64,000 nt of DNA from positions 96,001-160,000 of the forward strand of contig CAVPQB010000003.1 in NCBI GenBank assembly GCA_963707505.1, read 5' to 3'. The position numbers and the translations under genes are program-made. Below the pieces are notes generated by a model. That model made no database searches, was not told the origin of the DNA, and saw nothing but the letters and a program-made list of their open reading frames with translations. How positions within the stretch are numbered: the first letter of the stretch is position 1; the number at the start of each line of letters is the position of its first letter. Of the stretch, positions 49,269 through 61,330 are shown one piece after another. This stretch comes from an uncultured Gemmatimonadales bacterium. Its GTDB lineage: Bacteria > Gemmatimonadota > Gemmatimonadetes > Gemmatimonadales > Gemmatimonadaceae.

Positions 49269-49895
49269 TCAAGCAACCCTGACTGCCGCGAGCATGGCGC
49301 CCAGGGAGCCCGCATCGGGCAACAAGAGAAAGTAACCAGGCAGTGAGCCCTCAGTCTGCCCGATCATGAATTCGGTCTCGACGCAGAACACGAAGCCGCC
49401 GGTATGGCCGGTCGCCCACGCGGTCTCAGCCAGCACTTCGCGTGCGGGGCCGACGCTGAGCGAGGGTGGAGAGGGCATCAGCCGCATCTTCATGAACTCG
49501 CTGAGCGCAGTCATGTACGCGCCAGCGAGGATGTTCCCCGCCTCGGTCAGCGCTGACGCCTCCAGCTCGCTCAGCGCAGCATCGGACGAAACCTCGCGCG
49601 TGAGCATCAGCGACGCGAGCTTGTGCGCGGTGACGAGCGGAAAGGCCAGAATGGTATGGCCATGCAGGCCACCGGTCATCTCCATCGGGACCAGGGCGAT
49701 CAGTTCGTTAGAGCGTGAGATGAGAGGAGCAAGCTCGGCAAGCGGAGCGACGGTAATCGTCGGCACGCTGATCATGATCTTCGTTCCAGTCATCAACGAG
49801 AGCGCCGTTGCCGCGTGGGCCGCGCCAATGTTCGCGACCTCGCGAAGCGCGTCACGCTGAAGCTCGCTGAGTGCCTGCATGTCGGTGATGCTCAT
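49269..49895 (-). CDS. cheC: CheC-family CheY-P phosphatase
   Basis: Two active-site motifs, DALREVANIG and SALTEAGNIL, plus FLLLPD. Confidence 0.92.
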   Translation of the reverse strand: MSITDMQALSELQRDALREVANIGAAHAATALSLMTGTKIMISVPTITVAPLAELAPLISRSNELIALVPMEMTGGLHGHTILAFPLVTAHKLASLMLTREVSSDAALSELEASALTEAGNILAGAYMTALSEFMKMRLMPSPPSLSVGPAREVLAETAWATGHTGGFVFCVETEFMIGQTEGSLPGYFLLLPDAGSLGAMLAAVRVA

Positions 49896-49905
49896 TACGG
49901 CTCCG

Positions 49906-51432
49906 CTAGATAAGACTATTTACGTCCACGATGAGCGCCGGAGACCCGTCACCCAGCACCGTTGCACCCGCGAACATGGATGATCCACCGCGCGGTGGAT
50001 CGAAGCGCTTTACCACTACGTCCTGCTGGCCAACGAAGTCATCGACAATCAACGCCGCCCTGCGGCCGCGCGCCAGAACCGACACGCCAGGCATCCGCTC
50101 CGAGACACACGGCTCGATCCCAAACAATGCGCGCAAGACGACCACGCGCACGATCAAATCCCCAATACTCGTTTCGGTCCATTCGGCGCCACGAAATGCC
50201 GCTGCAGGCGGTTCGAACTGAAGCGTTTCCACTATGTGTGTGAACGGAATGGCAAACAACTCCTCCCCGACGCGCGCGATCAATGCCCGTACGATCGCGA
50301 CGGAGAGCGGCAAGCGCAACGTTATCGCCGTGCCTCGATGCGCCACCGTTCTGATCTCGATTGTGCCGCCGAGCAGGCGAACGGCGGCATCAACAACGTC
50401 GAGGCCGACACCACGTCCGGAGATGTCAGTGACCGACGCCGCGGTGGAGAAGCCGGGATGCGCCAGCACGCGCAACAAAGTAACGTCGTCGAGCTCCTCC
50501 GTATCCCGGCCGACAATCCCCGCCGCTCTCGCACGCGCGAGCACGCTGTCCCGATCGATGCCACTTCCGTCGTCCGCTACACGAATCAGAACGTAACCCG
50601 CCTCGCGTTGGGCGCTCAGCGTCAACCGTCCGCGCGCAGACTTGCCGTTGCTCGCCCGCTCTTCCGCAGACTCGATCCCGTGATCCAGCGCGTTCCGAAG
50701 CAGATGCATCACGGGATCGCCAATGCGATCGAGAATCGAGCGATCCATTTCGATCTCGGCGCCATCCAGCGTAAAATCGACTTCCTTTCCCAGCGTTCGC
50801 GCAGTCTCGCGCACGAGTCGCGGAAAACGCTCGAAAACGTCTCCCACCGGAACCATGCGTGCACCCACGACCTGCTCGCGTAGCTCGCTCAACAGACGCG
50901 ACGTGCTTGCAAACGCCGCAGCGATATTCTCGCCACCGACGTTGCGCAGCTCCCGTTCCAGCTGACCACGAGCGATCTCGATCTCACCGACGAGATTCAT
51001 CAGCGAGTCGAGCCGGCTCGCGCGGATACGCACATGTGTTGCACGCTTGCGTGTCTGGCTCGCGGACGGATCGGTTGGTGTTGCATTTCCGTCCGCGACA
51101 GGTCCCGACGCCGGCCGCGTCACGGCAAGCTCTATTTCGCGTGCGAGTGCGTCGGCGTCGTCGATCAGGTCGCCAAGGGACGACGGGGTTATCTGCTCCT
51201 CACCGCGGCGCAGAAGGTCGAGCGCGGATTCAAGTGTGTCGGCCCGCCCAGTGACGACGGCGTAACCCATCGCCGCAGCCATCCCCTTGATGCTGTGTAC
51301 CGCGCGAAACGCGGCCGCGATCGCATCAGCTGACGCCGGCGTACTCTCCAATTCCGCAAGCGCACCGCTCAGCTCGGCGACATGCTCGCGACCTTCGCTC
51401 AGGAAGAGATCGACGTACTTCGACAGGTCCAC
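49906..51432 (-). CDS. cheA: Chemotaxis kinase CheA (P1-P3-P4-P5, no P2)
   Basis: FRAVHSIKG, RLDSLMNLVGE, HLLRNALDHGIE, DDGSGI, PGFSTA and SGRGVGLDVV motifs with a C-terminal CheW-like domain. GTG start at 51432. Confidence 0.95.
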   Translation of the reverse strand: MDLSKYVDLFLSEGREHVAELSGALAELESTPASADAIAAAFRAVHSIKGMAAAMGYAVVTGRADTLESALDLLRRGEEQITPSSLGDLIDDADALAREIELAVTRPASGPVADGNATPTDPSASQTRKRATHVRIRASRLDSLMNLVGEIEIARGQLERELRNVGGENIAAAFASTSRLLSELREQVVGARMVPVGDVFERFPRLVRETARTLGKEVDFTLDGAEIEMDRSILDRIGDPVMHLLRNALDHGIESAEERASNGKSARGRLTLSAQREAGYVLIRVADDGSGIDRDSVLARARAAGIVGRDTEELDDVTLLRVLAHPGFSTAASVTDISGRGVGLDVVDAAVRLLGGTIEIRTVAHRGTAITLRLPLSVAIVRALIARVGEELFAIPFTHIVETLQFEPPAAAFRGAEWTETSIGDLIVRVVVLRALFGIEPCVSERMPGVSVLARGRRAALIVDDFVGQQDVVVKRFDPPRGGSSMFAGATVLGDGSPALIVDVNSLI

Positions 51433-51455
51433 GGGATCGCGGCGCTGGCGGAGAG

Positions 51456-51818
51456 CTAGCCCAGCACTCGCTGCACGGCTTCGAGCACGCGGCTGGGCTG
51501 GAACGGTTTGACGACGAAGTCCTTCGCACCAGCCTGAATCGCATCGACGACGAGCGCCTGCTGTCCCATCGCGCTGCACATCACGACACGCGCTCGCGGA
51601 TCGAACGCCGTGATCTCGCGCACTGCATCGATGCCGCCCATGTCAGGCATGACGATGTCCATCGTAACGAGATCGGGGCGCAGCTCCTTGTACTTCGCGA
51701 CCGCCTTGGTTCCGGTATCAGCCTCGCCCACGATGGTGAAGCCAGCCTGCTGCAATATGTCCGAAAGCATCGTGCGCATGAACACCGCGTCATCGCACAC
51801 CAGAACCGTGTGGCTCAT
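51456..51818 (-). CDS. cheY: Single-domain response regulator CheY
   Basis: VCDDAVFMR, TMDIVMP, CSAMGQQ and FVVKPF; resembles the Bacillus/Thermotoga type. Confidence 0.95.
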   Translation of the reverse strand: MSHTVLVCDDAVFMRTMLSDILQQAGFTIVGEADTGTKAVAKYKELRPDLVTMDIVMPDMGGIDAVREITAFDPRARVVMCSAMGQQALVVDAIQAGAKDFVVKPFQPSRVLEAVQRVLG

Positions 51819-52249
51819 TCATCCTCCGAAATAGCGACGACGCGCATCGCAACGTCTCGCACGTCAAGTTCAGTGTAGCCTTCCTCAGGCCGTAATGCAC
51901 GCACATCCGCGACCCGCTCCACAGCGAGTCCGACACCGCGTACTCCAACGTCGGCAATCAGCGCCATGCGCAGCGGTGCACCGGCGTCACCGGGATGCAG
52001 CACGGCACCTGCGTTCACTACGGTAACGATGCTGCCCCGGATGTTGATCAGACCGAGAACAGAATCAGGTGCTCCCGGAAGCCGGGTGACGCGACCGAGC
52101 GGTACGACCTCGCGCACAGCTGATACCTGACACGCGTACGCCCTGCCGGCAACGCGGAAGACGAGTGACCGATCATCGACGCCCGGGTCCAGGTCGCTCG
52201 CTGCGACAACCGAAGGCTGCGCGTCAGACGGGGAAATTGTAGAAGCCAA
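51815..52249 (-). CDS. cheW: CheW adaptor (short)
   Basis: FRV...YA.....VREV...VTRLPGAP..VLGLINIRGSIVTV and GLAVERV.DV. Confidence 0.9.
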   Translation of the reverse strand: MASTISPSDAQPSVVAASDLDPGVDDRSLVFRVAGRAYACQVSAVREVVPLGRVTRLPGAPDSVLGLINIRGSIVTVVNAGAVLHPGDAGAPLRMALIADVGVRGVGLAVERVADVRALRPEEGYTELDVRDVAMRVVAISEDE

Positions 52250-53204
52250 AGGTCGTCAAAGGATCGGGGTCAGCGTACAACTCGGGCGACTCGCCAAGCG
52301 CAGCGAGTGATTTGTGGAGATCGTCCGGCAGCGGAGAGCGAAAATCCAAATGCTCACCTGAAACCGGATGATGGAACTGAAGCCATGCAGCGTGCAGGAA
52401 GTGCCGCTTCGCAGGAAGTGCCGCGAGACGCCGTCCACCGCCGCCACCATATACATCGTCACCCACCACCGGATGGCCGACTGAAGAGAGATGCACCCTT
52501 ATCTGGTGCGTCCGCCCGGTGTAAAGGTGAGCCCGAAGGAGGTCAACGCTGGCAAAGCGCGCAAGCCGGCGAAAATCCGTGCGTGCGTTCTTCCCTGTAC
52601 TGACGATTGCCATACGCTTCCGGTCTCGCGGATCGCGCGCGATTGGTTGGTCCACGGATAGAGTATCGGCAACGAGATGGCCCCAGGCCATCACGGCGTA
52701 CCGCCGTATTACACGTCTTGCCGCTATGGCGGCGCTCAGGCGCTGGTGTGCAACATCACTCTTGGCGACGATTAAAAGACCGGATGTCTCCTTGTCGAGG
52801 CGATGGACCAGCCCCGCCCTTTCCGGGCCGCCGCCCTCGGCGAGCTCACTGCCACGCCCCATCAGCGCGTTTACGAGGGTTCCCGTCCAGTTGCCCGGGG
52901 CGGGGTGAACGACCATTCCGGCAGCCTTGTCGACCACCAGCAGATCGGCGTCCTCGTACACGATCCTGAGTGGGATATCCTCGCCCTGGACGTCGCCGCG
53001 AGGCGATGCCGGAGCCGGTGTCGCGATCTCGATCAGGTCGTCGGCGGAGGCACGATAGGAGGCGCGCTCCCGGATGCCATTGACCGTAACATGCCCATTC
53101 GCGATGAGTGTGGCCGCCGCGGTTCTGGACTGGCCGAGTCTGGCGGCAACCAGCAGATCCAGTCGCGAGCCCGCCAGCTCGGCCGCGGCGAACGACTCAG
53201 ACGT
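52224..53204 (-). CDS. rluD: RluA/RluD-family 23S rRNA pseudouridine synthase with S4 domain
   Basis: In-frame S4-like RLDLLVA..LGQSR...LI..GHVTVNG lies upstream of the track ORF. VHRLDKETSG, TGRTHQIRVH and LHA motifs. No ATG/GTG/TTG precedes the S4 domain; ACG 53204 or CTG 53177 inferred. Confidence 0.9.
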   Translation of the reverse strand, partial: TSESFAAAELAGSRLDLLVAARLGQSRTAAATLIANGHVTVNGIRERASYRASADDLIEIATPAPASPRGDVQGEDIPLRIVYEDADLLVVDKAAGMVVHPAPGNWTGTLVNALMGRGSELAEGGGPERAGLVHRLDKETSGLLIVAKSDVAHQRLSAAIAARRVIRRYAVMAWGHLVADTLSVDQPIARDPRDRKRMAIVSTGKNARTDFRRLARFASVDLLRAHLYTGRTHQIRVHLSSVGHPVVGDDVYGGGGGRRLAALPAKRHFLHAAWLQFHHPVSGEHLDFRSPLPDDLHKSLAALGESPELYADPDPLTTFGFYNFPV

Positions 53205-53736
53205 CGCTAGCGGCCGCTACCCTCGCCGCCTCGCGATCCTGCTGCAGGAAGACCCATCCAAGCAGTATCGCGCCAATGGTCACAGCAGAATCGGCAACGT
53301 TGAACGTCCAGAACCGATGGTCACCGAGGCCGACATCGATGAAATCGACGACGCCGACCGACCAGCGAATTCGGTCTATGAGATTGCCGATTGCACCCGC
53401 CGACACCAGCGCCACTGCAAGCACGCGAGTGTAATCACCCTCGCGAGTCGAGCGATACAGTGATGCGAGCACGCCGAGGGCGACGAGGGTCAGGGCTGTG
53501 AATATCCAACGCGACGCGGAGCCCAGATTGAAGCCGAACGCCGCGCCGGGATTGTAAGCCAGCGTGAACCGAACGACGTTGCCAACTATTTCGTGCGGCG
53601 TGTATGCCGGAGTGAGCGAATACACAGCCATCGCCTTGGACGTGACGTCGAGCGCCACCACGACGATTATGACGCACCAGAAAATCCAGGGGTTGGCGGC
53701 CCCTGGACGTACGTCGTCAGGCTGACCGTTTGGCAT
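53197..53736 (-). CDS. lspA: Lipoprotein signal peptidase II
   Basis: D..SK, NPGAAFG, GAIGNLIDR, VVDFI and FNVADS motifs. Confidence 0.96.
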   Translation of the reverse strand: MPNGQPDDVRPGAANPWIFWCVIIVVVALDVTSKAMAVYSLTPAYTPHEIVGNVVRFTLAYNPGAAFGFNLGSASRWIFTALTLVALGVLASLYRSTREGDYTRVLAVALVSAGAIGNLIDRIRWSVGVVDFIDVGLGDHRFWTFNVADSAVTIGAILLGWVFLQQDREAARVAAASDV

Positions 53737-54142
53737 CTTCCTCACGCTGTTTGCACTCGATGCAGTAACGCGCATGCGGCAACGCGTCGAGCCGCTCGAA
53801 CATGAGCGGAGCATGGCAGTTCATGCACTTGCCGTAATTGTCAGGATCGCGGTACAGCCTGCGAAGAGCCTGATCGATGTGCCAGAGGAAGCGACCCTCC
53901 TGGCTCGCGAAAAGGAACGCCTTCTCGCGCTCCATCGCATCAGTGCCCTGGTCAGCCATATGAAATGAATAGGCGCTCTCGCTGCCGCCGTCCTGGGCGG
54001 ACACGTTGAAAGCGTCGCTGTAATTACCAAGTTCCTTCACGACCCTCGAGCGCTCCTCGAGCAACCTCTTTTCGAAGTGTTTCAGGAACTGCTCACGCGT
54101 CATCGTCTTGGGCTTCTTGGCCCGTGTGGCGCTCGGTGTCAT
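53717..54142 (-). CDS. DksA/TraR C4 zinc-finger protein
   Basis: Coiled coil with HMADQGTD at the tip; YGKCMNC...ERLDALPHARYCIEC. Confidence 0.9.
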   Translation of the reverse strand: MTPSATRAKKPKTMTREQFLKHFEKRLLEERSRVVKELGNYSDAFNVSAQDGGSESAYSFHMADQGTDAMEREKAFLFASQEGRFLWHIDQALRRLYRDPDNYGKCMNCHAPLMFERLDALPHARYCIECKQREEDAKRSA

Positions 54143-57100
54143 AGTGATCCAATCCTGGTTAATGTGACGTCGGCGGCAAGCCCGTCGAGGTCGAGGTGGT
54201 ACGCCGGATGTGTCCCGTCGAGCAGCGGAACAGAATGTAACTCCGGGGCGAGAACCTCCGCGGAAATCCACTCGCGGTGCGCGGCCACCGCTTCTGTCAG
54301 CTCGGCACCGCCAGCGACCGTCAGAACGATCCTGTCGCTCACGGCGAAGCCCAGTTCCTTACGCAACCGCTGTACCCGATTCACGAGTTCGCGAGAGATG
54401 CCCTCACGACGAAGCTCGGGTGTGATGGTTGGATCGATCGCTGCGACGTAGCCGTCCCCGTACTTGACGATGAGATCGCCACTGGCCCGCCGGACGATCG
54501 TGACGTCTTCCAGAGCAAGCTCGTGCGCCTGGGTCGCGGTGGCGATCGTTACGGTCTCGCCATGCTCGAAGGCGGCGAGCGTGTCGGAGCCGAGCGCAGC
54601 TACGAGCGCGGCAGCTTGCGGCGTTTCCTTTGCGAATTTCTTACCCAGAGTCCTGAAGTTTGGTTTCGCCTCCAGGGTGACGAAATCATCCGCAGAGGAG
54701 GCGAAATCGACGCGCTTGACGTTGAGCTCGGAAGCAATGAGTGGTACGACACTGCGCAGAACGTCATCCGCAGCGTGAGTCGAAACCACGCAAAGCACGG
54801 ACGCCAGCGGCTGCCTCACCTTGATACTGACTTCCTCGCGCGCCGCGCGGCCGAGCGTCGCGAGAGCGCGCACGTCAGCCATCGCTCGCTCGAGCTCGGC
54901 GTCGATGCGCGTAGGCTCGGAGCGTACGTACGGCGCAACGTGAACCGACTCGCCCGTCAGCTCCTGATGAATCCAGTCGCTCACGAATGGCGCGAAGGGC
55001 GCCAGCAATCGACACGTAACGGTGAGTATCTCATGCAACGTCGCGAATGCGGCGCGGTTGTCACTCGTGTCGACATCGTAGAAGCGATGACGATTCAGCC
55101 TGACGTACCAGTTGGAGACGTCGTCCATGAAAAAATCCATGACCGCGTTCACCGCATGGGTCGCCTGATACTCGCGAAGCAGCTGATCGCAGCGCTGCTC
55201 GACGTTGGACAGCCGCGACAGCACCCAGCGATCGATCGGTTGACGGTCATCCGGCGCGGGATCATCGAGCGATGGCGACCAACCGAAGTTGGCGTAGGTC
55301 GCGAATATCCCGCTGTACACGTTCTTGAGCGTGAGCAGGAAGCGACCGATCGTCTCGCGAATCAATGATTCGTCGAACCGGCGCGGCAGCCATACCTGAC
55401 TCGACGCGACGAGGAACATTCGCACCGCATCCGCGCCATGTGTCTCGAGAACCTTCCATGGCTCGACGGCATTACCGCGGCTCTTGGACATCTTGACACC
55501 GTCCTTGTCGAGAACGAGGTCGTTCACGACGACGCTCCGATACGGCGCGGCATTGCCGGCGGTGTCGCTGAGCGAACTGCCGAGGCCGGTCGCGATCGCC
55601 AGAAGCGAATAGAACCAGCCACGCGTCTGATCGACACCTTCGGCAATCAGATCCGCGGGATAGTGGCGTGCAAAAGTGTCGCGCCGCTCGAATGGATAGT
55701 GCCATTGCGCGAACGGCATCGAGCCGGAATCGAACCACGTGTCGATCACTTCCGGCACGCGGCGCATCGTACCATGTCCTGACGGGGCGGGCCACGTGTA
55801 GTGATCGATGAACGGCTTGTGCGGATCGAAGTCGGCCGGGAGCGCGTGGCCGACGCGTGCCGCGAGGTCTGCATAGCTACCGATTACGTCGATCTCCGTC
55901 GGATCCGTATCGTTCACCCAGACAGGAAGCGGCGTGCCCCAATATCTGTCGCGCGATATCGCCCAGTCGATGTTGTTCTCCAGCCATTCACCGAAGCGAC
56001 CTGAGCCAACTTCGGGCGGATGCCAGTCGACCGAGGCGTTGCGTCGCAGCATGTCGTCCTTGAAGCCGGTGGTGCGCACGAACCACGACGTGCGTGCGTA
56101 ATACAGCAACGGCGTATCGCAGCGCCAGCAGTGCGGATAACTGTGCTCGTACTGCTGCACCTTCCACAGAGTACCACGACGCTTGAGCTCGTCGATGATG
56201 ACCTTGTCGGCGTCCTTGACCCACATGCCACCGACCAGCGGCAACGTGTCGGGAAAGCGTCCGCGTGCATCGACGGGCTGCAAAAACGACAGTCCGTGTC
56301 GCTTGCCCGCGGCGTAATCATCCGCGCCGAAAGCGGGCGCCATGTGCACGACGCCGGATCCGTCCTCGGCCGTGACGAACGACTCACCGACGATTATCTC
56401 GTGCGCGCCGTCGCTCATCGCTACCCAATCGAGCGGGCGATGATAGCGGAGACCAACGAGCTCGGCGCCAGCGAAGCTGGAAATCTCCTTCCAGCGATCA
56501 GCGTGATCCTCGCCCAGCAGCGCGTTGACGCGAGCTTCCGCGAGTATGAGCGATCCCTCGCCGTCCTTGCCGATGCGAACCAACTCGACGTACTGCAGCG
56601 TCGGATTCACGGCGAGCGCCACGTTGGAAACGAGCGTCCACGGCGTGGTCGTCCAAACAAGGATTCTGCGCGGAGTCGCCGAAGTTCCCTGCAACGTCAA
56701 CGCGACATATGCGCTCGGATCCTTTACAGTCTTGTAGCCCTGCGCAACTTCGTGCGAGGAGAGCGCAGTCCCGCAGCGCGGGCAGTACGGCAGAATCTTG
56801 TGCCCGCGGTACAGCAGATCGCGCTCGAACAGCGTCTTCAACGCCCACCACACGCTCTCGACGTAGGTGTTCGTGTACGTGATATAGGGATCGTCGTAAT
56901 CCAGCCAGTAACCGATGCGCTCGCTGAGACGCTTCCAGTCCTCACCGTACCTGAACACGCTTTCCTTGCACAGCGCATTGAACTTCTCGACACCGATGCG
57001 CTCGATCTCCTGCTTGCCGGAGATTCCGAGCTGCTTCTCGACTTCGATCTCCACCGGAAGTCCGTGCGTGTCCCAGCCCGCCTTTCGCGTGACATGAAAA

Positions 57101-57357
57101 CCCGACATCGAGCGATGACGGCAGAAGAGATCCTTGACCGTTCGCGCGAAAACGTGGTGGATGCCAGGACGTCCGTTGGCGGTCGGCGGTCCCTCGAAGA
57201 AAACGAACTCGGGGCGGCCAGCGCTGTCGCGCTGAATACGCCTGAACAATTCTTCTTCGGACCAGCGCGCGAGAACTTCCTGCTCCAGCCCGTCAGCTGC
57301 CCGGTCAGCCGGCAACAACCGATAACGCGTCACTACGGGCGCTTCCTGTGCTCCCAA
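54139..57357 (-). CDS. ileS: Isoleucine--tRNA ligase, type 2 (IleRS2)
   Basis: EGPPTANG.PGIHH, GWDTHGLPVE, WTTTPWTL, EGVDQTRGWF and KMSKS. The long C-terminal region has EGISRELVNRVQ.LRK and no C-terminal Zn finger. Start may be GTG 57333. Confidence 0.97.
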   Translation of the reverse strand: MGAQEAPVVTRYRLLPADRAADGLEQEVLARWSEEELFRRIQRDSAGRPEFVFFEGPPTANGRPGIHHVFARTVKDLFCRHRSMSGFHVTRKAGWDTHGLPVEIEVEKQLGISGKQEIERIGVEKFNALCKESVFRYGEDWKRLSERIGYWLDYDDPYITYTNTYVESVWWALKTLFERDLLYRGHKILPYCPRCGTALSSHEVAQGYKTVKDPSAYVALTLQGTSATPRRILVWTTTPWTLVSNVALAVNPTLQYVELVRIGKDGEGSLILAEARVNALLGEDHADRWKEISSFAGAELVGLRYHRPLDWVAMSDGAHEIIVGESFVTAEDGSGVVHMAPAFGADDYAAGKRHGLSFLQPVDARGRFPDTLPLVGGMWVKDADKVIIDELKRRGTLWKVQQYEHSYPHCWRCDTPLLYYARTSWFVRTTGFKDDMLRRNASVDWHPPEVGSGRFGEWLENNIDWAISRDRYWGTPLPVWVNDTDPTEIDVIGSYADLAARVGHALPADFDPHKPFIDHYTWPAPSGHGTMRRVPEVIDTWFDSGSMPFAQWHYPFERRDTFARHYPADLIAEGVDQTRGWFYSLLAIATGLGSSLSDTAGNAAPYRSVVVNDLVLDKDGVKMSKSRGNAVEPWKVLETHGADAVRMFLVASSQVWLPRRFDESLIRETIGRFLLTLKNVYSGIFATYANFGWSPSLDDPAPDDRQPIDRWVLSRLSNVEQRCDQLLREYQATHAVNAVMDFFMDDVSNWYVRLNRHRFYDVDTSDNRAAFATLHEILTVTCRLLAPFAPFVSDWIHQELTGESVHVAPYVRSEPTRIDAELERAMADVRALATLGRAAREEVSIKVRQPLASVLCVVSTHAADDVLRSVVPLIASELNVKRVDFASSADDFVTLEAKPNFRTLGKKFAKETPQAAALVAALGSDTLAAFEHGETVTIATATQAHELALEDVTIVRRASGDLIVKYGDGYVAAIDPTITPELRREGISRELVNRVQRLRKELGFAVSDRIVLTVAGGAELTEAVAAHREWISAEVLAPELHSVPLLDGTHPAYHLDLDGLAADVTLTRIGSL

Positions 57358-57361
57358 GACT

Positions 57362-57844
57362 CTACTCCCCTGTGCCGGGAACCGGACGTTCCGATGCGTC
57401 GATTTCCGAGAGGTGGCGCGTGATCAACGTGCGCATCTGCGACAGATAGCTGCGTCGCGCGCGTTCCAGCACTGCAAGCTCGTCCTGCACGCGTCGCACT
57501 TCCGCGCGCACCTCGTCCAGGAGGCGCTCGCCCTCCCCCTGCGCCTCTCTCACGATGAGCATCGCCTCGCGCTCCGCCTGCTCCTTGGTCTCCTGACGAA
57601 GCTGCTGCGCCGAAACGAGAGCGTCGTTGAGTGCACGATCACGCTCGCGAAATGCGCGCAGCTGCTCGTGGAACGAGCGCGCCTTCTGGTCCAGGTCCTG
57701 ATTGATGCGCGTGAGCCGCTCCATCTCCTCCGCGACCTGATCGCGAAACTGGTCGACGCGCGCAGGATCGTACCCGCGCAGGGCGCGTCCGAAATCAAAG
57801 CGCCGGACATCGAGTGGCGTCAGATGGAATGCTTCATCAATCAT
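57362..57844 (-). CDS. divIVA: DivIVA-domain protein
   Basis: LTPLDVR..DF..ALRGYD...VD.F followed by a long coiled coil. Confidence 0.92.
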   Translation of the reverse strand: MIDEAFHLTPLDVRRFDFGRALRGYDPARVDQFRDQVAEEMERLTRINQDLDQKARSFHEQLRAFRERDRALNDALVSAQQLRQETKEQAEREAMLIVREAQGEGERLLDEVRAEVRRVQDELAVLERARRSYLSQMRTLITRHLSEIDASERPVPGTGE

Positions 57845-58524
57845 AGATCGCGAGCTCCAAAGAGAGCGGTGCCGAGCCGGACCAGTGTGGCCCCTTCTTC
57901 GACAGCTATCTCATAGTCGTTAGACATCCCCATGGACAGCTCGGTAGCCGGGTGACCCGCATCCGCCAGAACCTGACGAGCGTGTCGTGCACCGGCGAAC
58001 GTCTGTCGCAACACAAGCTCGGATGCATCCAACGGAGCCATCGTCATCGCACCGACGACGCGAATACCCGGCATGCCCGTCAAACGATCCGCTTCTGCAC
58101 GCAACTCCTCGGGCGAGAATCCGCCCTTGCTAGCCTCCCCCGATGCGTTGACCTGAATCAATGCGTCCACCGCGCGCTTGCGCTTCAATCCAAAGTCGCA
58201 GACCGCGTCGGCGAGACGCCTGCTGTCGAGCGAATGCAGCAACGCAAAGTGCTCCAGCTCGTGGACCTTGTTTCGCTGCAGATGGCCAATGAGATGCCAC
58301 ACAACTGGCACATCCACCTGCGCCATCTTCTCCAACGCTTCCTGAATCCGGTTCTCGCCACAGTCGGGGACACCTGCCTCCCACGCCTCGACGGCGGCCT
58401 CGGGACCATGTGTCTTGGTCACGGCAACGAGCTTCACGTTCTGGCCGTGTCCTCCGCGTGCGGCCGCGGCCGCCAGGAGTCCACGGATCTCCGCGACCCT
58501 CTCGGGGAGATTCGGAAAATGCAT
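57841..58524 (-). CDS. yggS: PLP homeostasis protein YggS
   Basis: LVAVTKT, GENRIQE, WHLIGHLQRNK, LSMGMSNDY and VRLGTALFG motifs. Start at ATG 58524 or 58530. Confidence 0.96.
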   Translation of the reverse strand: MHFPNLPERVAEIRGLLAAAAARGGHGQNVKLVAVTKTHGPEAAVEAWEAGVPDCGENRIQEALEKMAQVDVPVVWHLIGHLQRNKVHELEHFALLHSLDSRRLADAVCDFGLKRKRAVDALIQVNASGEASKGGFSPEELRAEADRLTGMPGIRVVGAMTMAPLDASELVLRQTFAGARHARQVLADAGHPATELSMGMSNDYEIAVEEGATLVRLGTALFGARDL

Positions 58525-58710
58525 AGCCATGAAATTTAACTACGGCGAGGTGGCGAAAGGCTGTGGCGGCGCGTAGCCTGCGGGCAGCCCGCCCGAGCGA
58601 CGGACTCGCATCGGCGAGCCGTAACCGGTCGTGGCCAGCCGTGGCCGCTCGTCGCCGGCCCAGCCCCGACCAGGAAAAACCGGCCCCTTCAACTTGCGCC
58701 CGAAAGGATA

Positions 58711-58737
58711 TATCTTTCCATCCGGATGAACGGATCA
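58711..58737 (+). promoter_or_regulatory. -10 element and candidate SahR autoregulatory operator
   Basis: TATCTT (58711-58716) followed by ccATCCG-GATGAA-CGGATca (58718-58737). Confidence 0.55.
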
Positions 58738-61310
<2,573 letters not shown>

Positions 61311-61330
61311 GCCTGGATCGTGTTGAGAGT

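Noticed and set aside
58540..58700. SAH/SAM riboswitch upstream of sahR-ahcY
   Set aside because: GC-rich hairpins are possible, but I see no SAH or SAM consensus, and the likely -10 lies downstream of this region.
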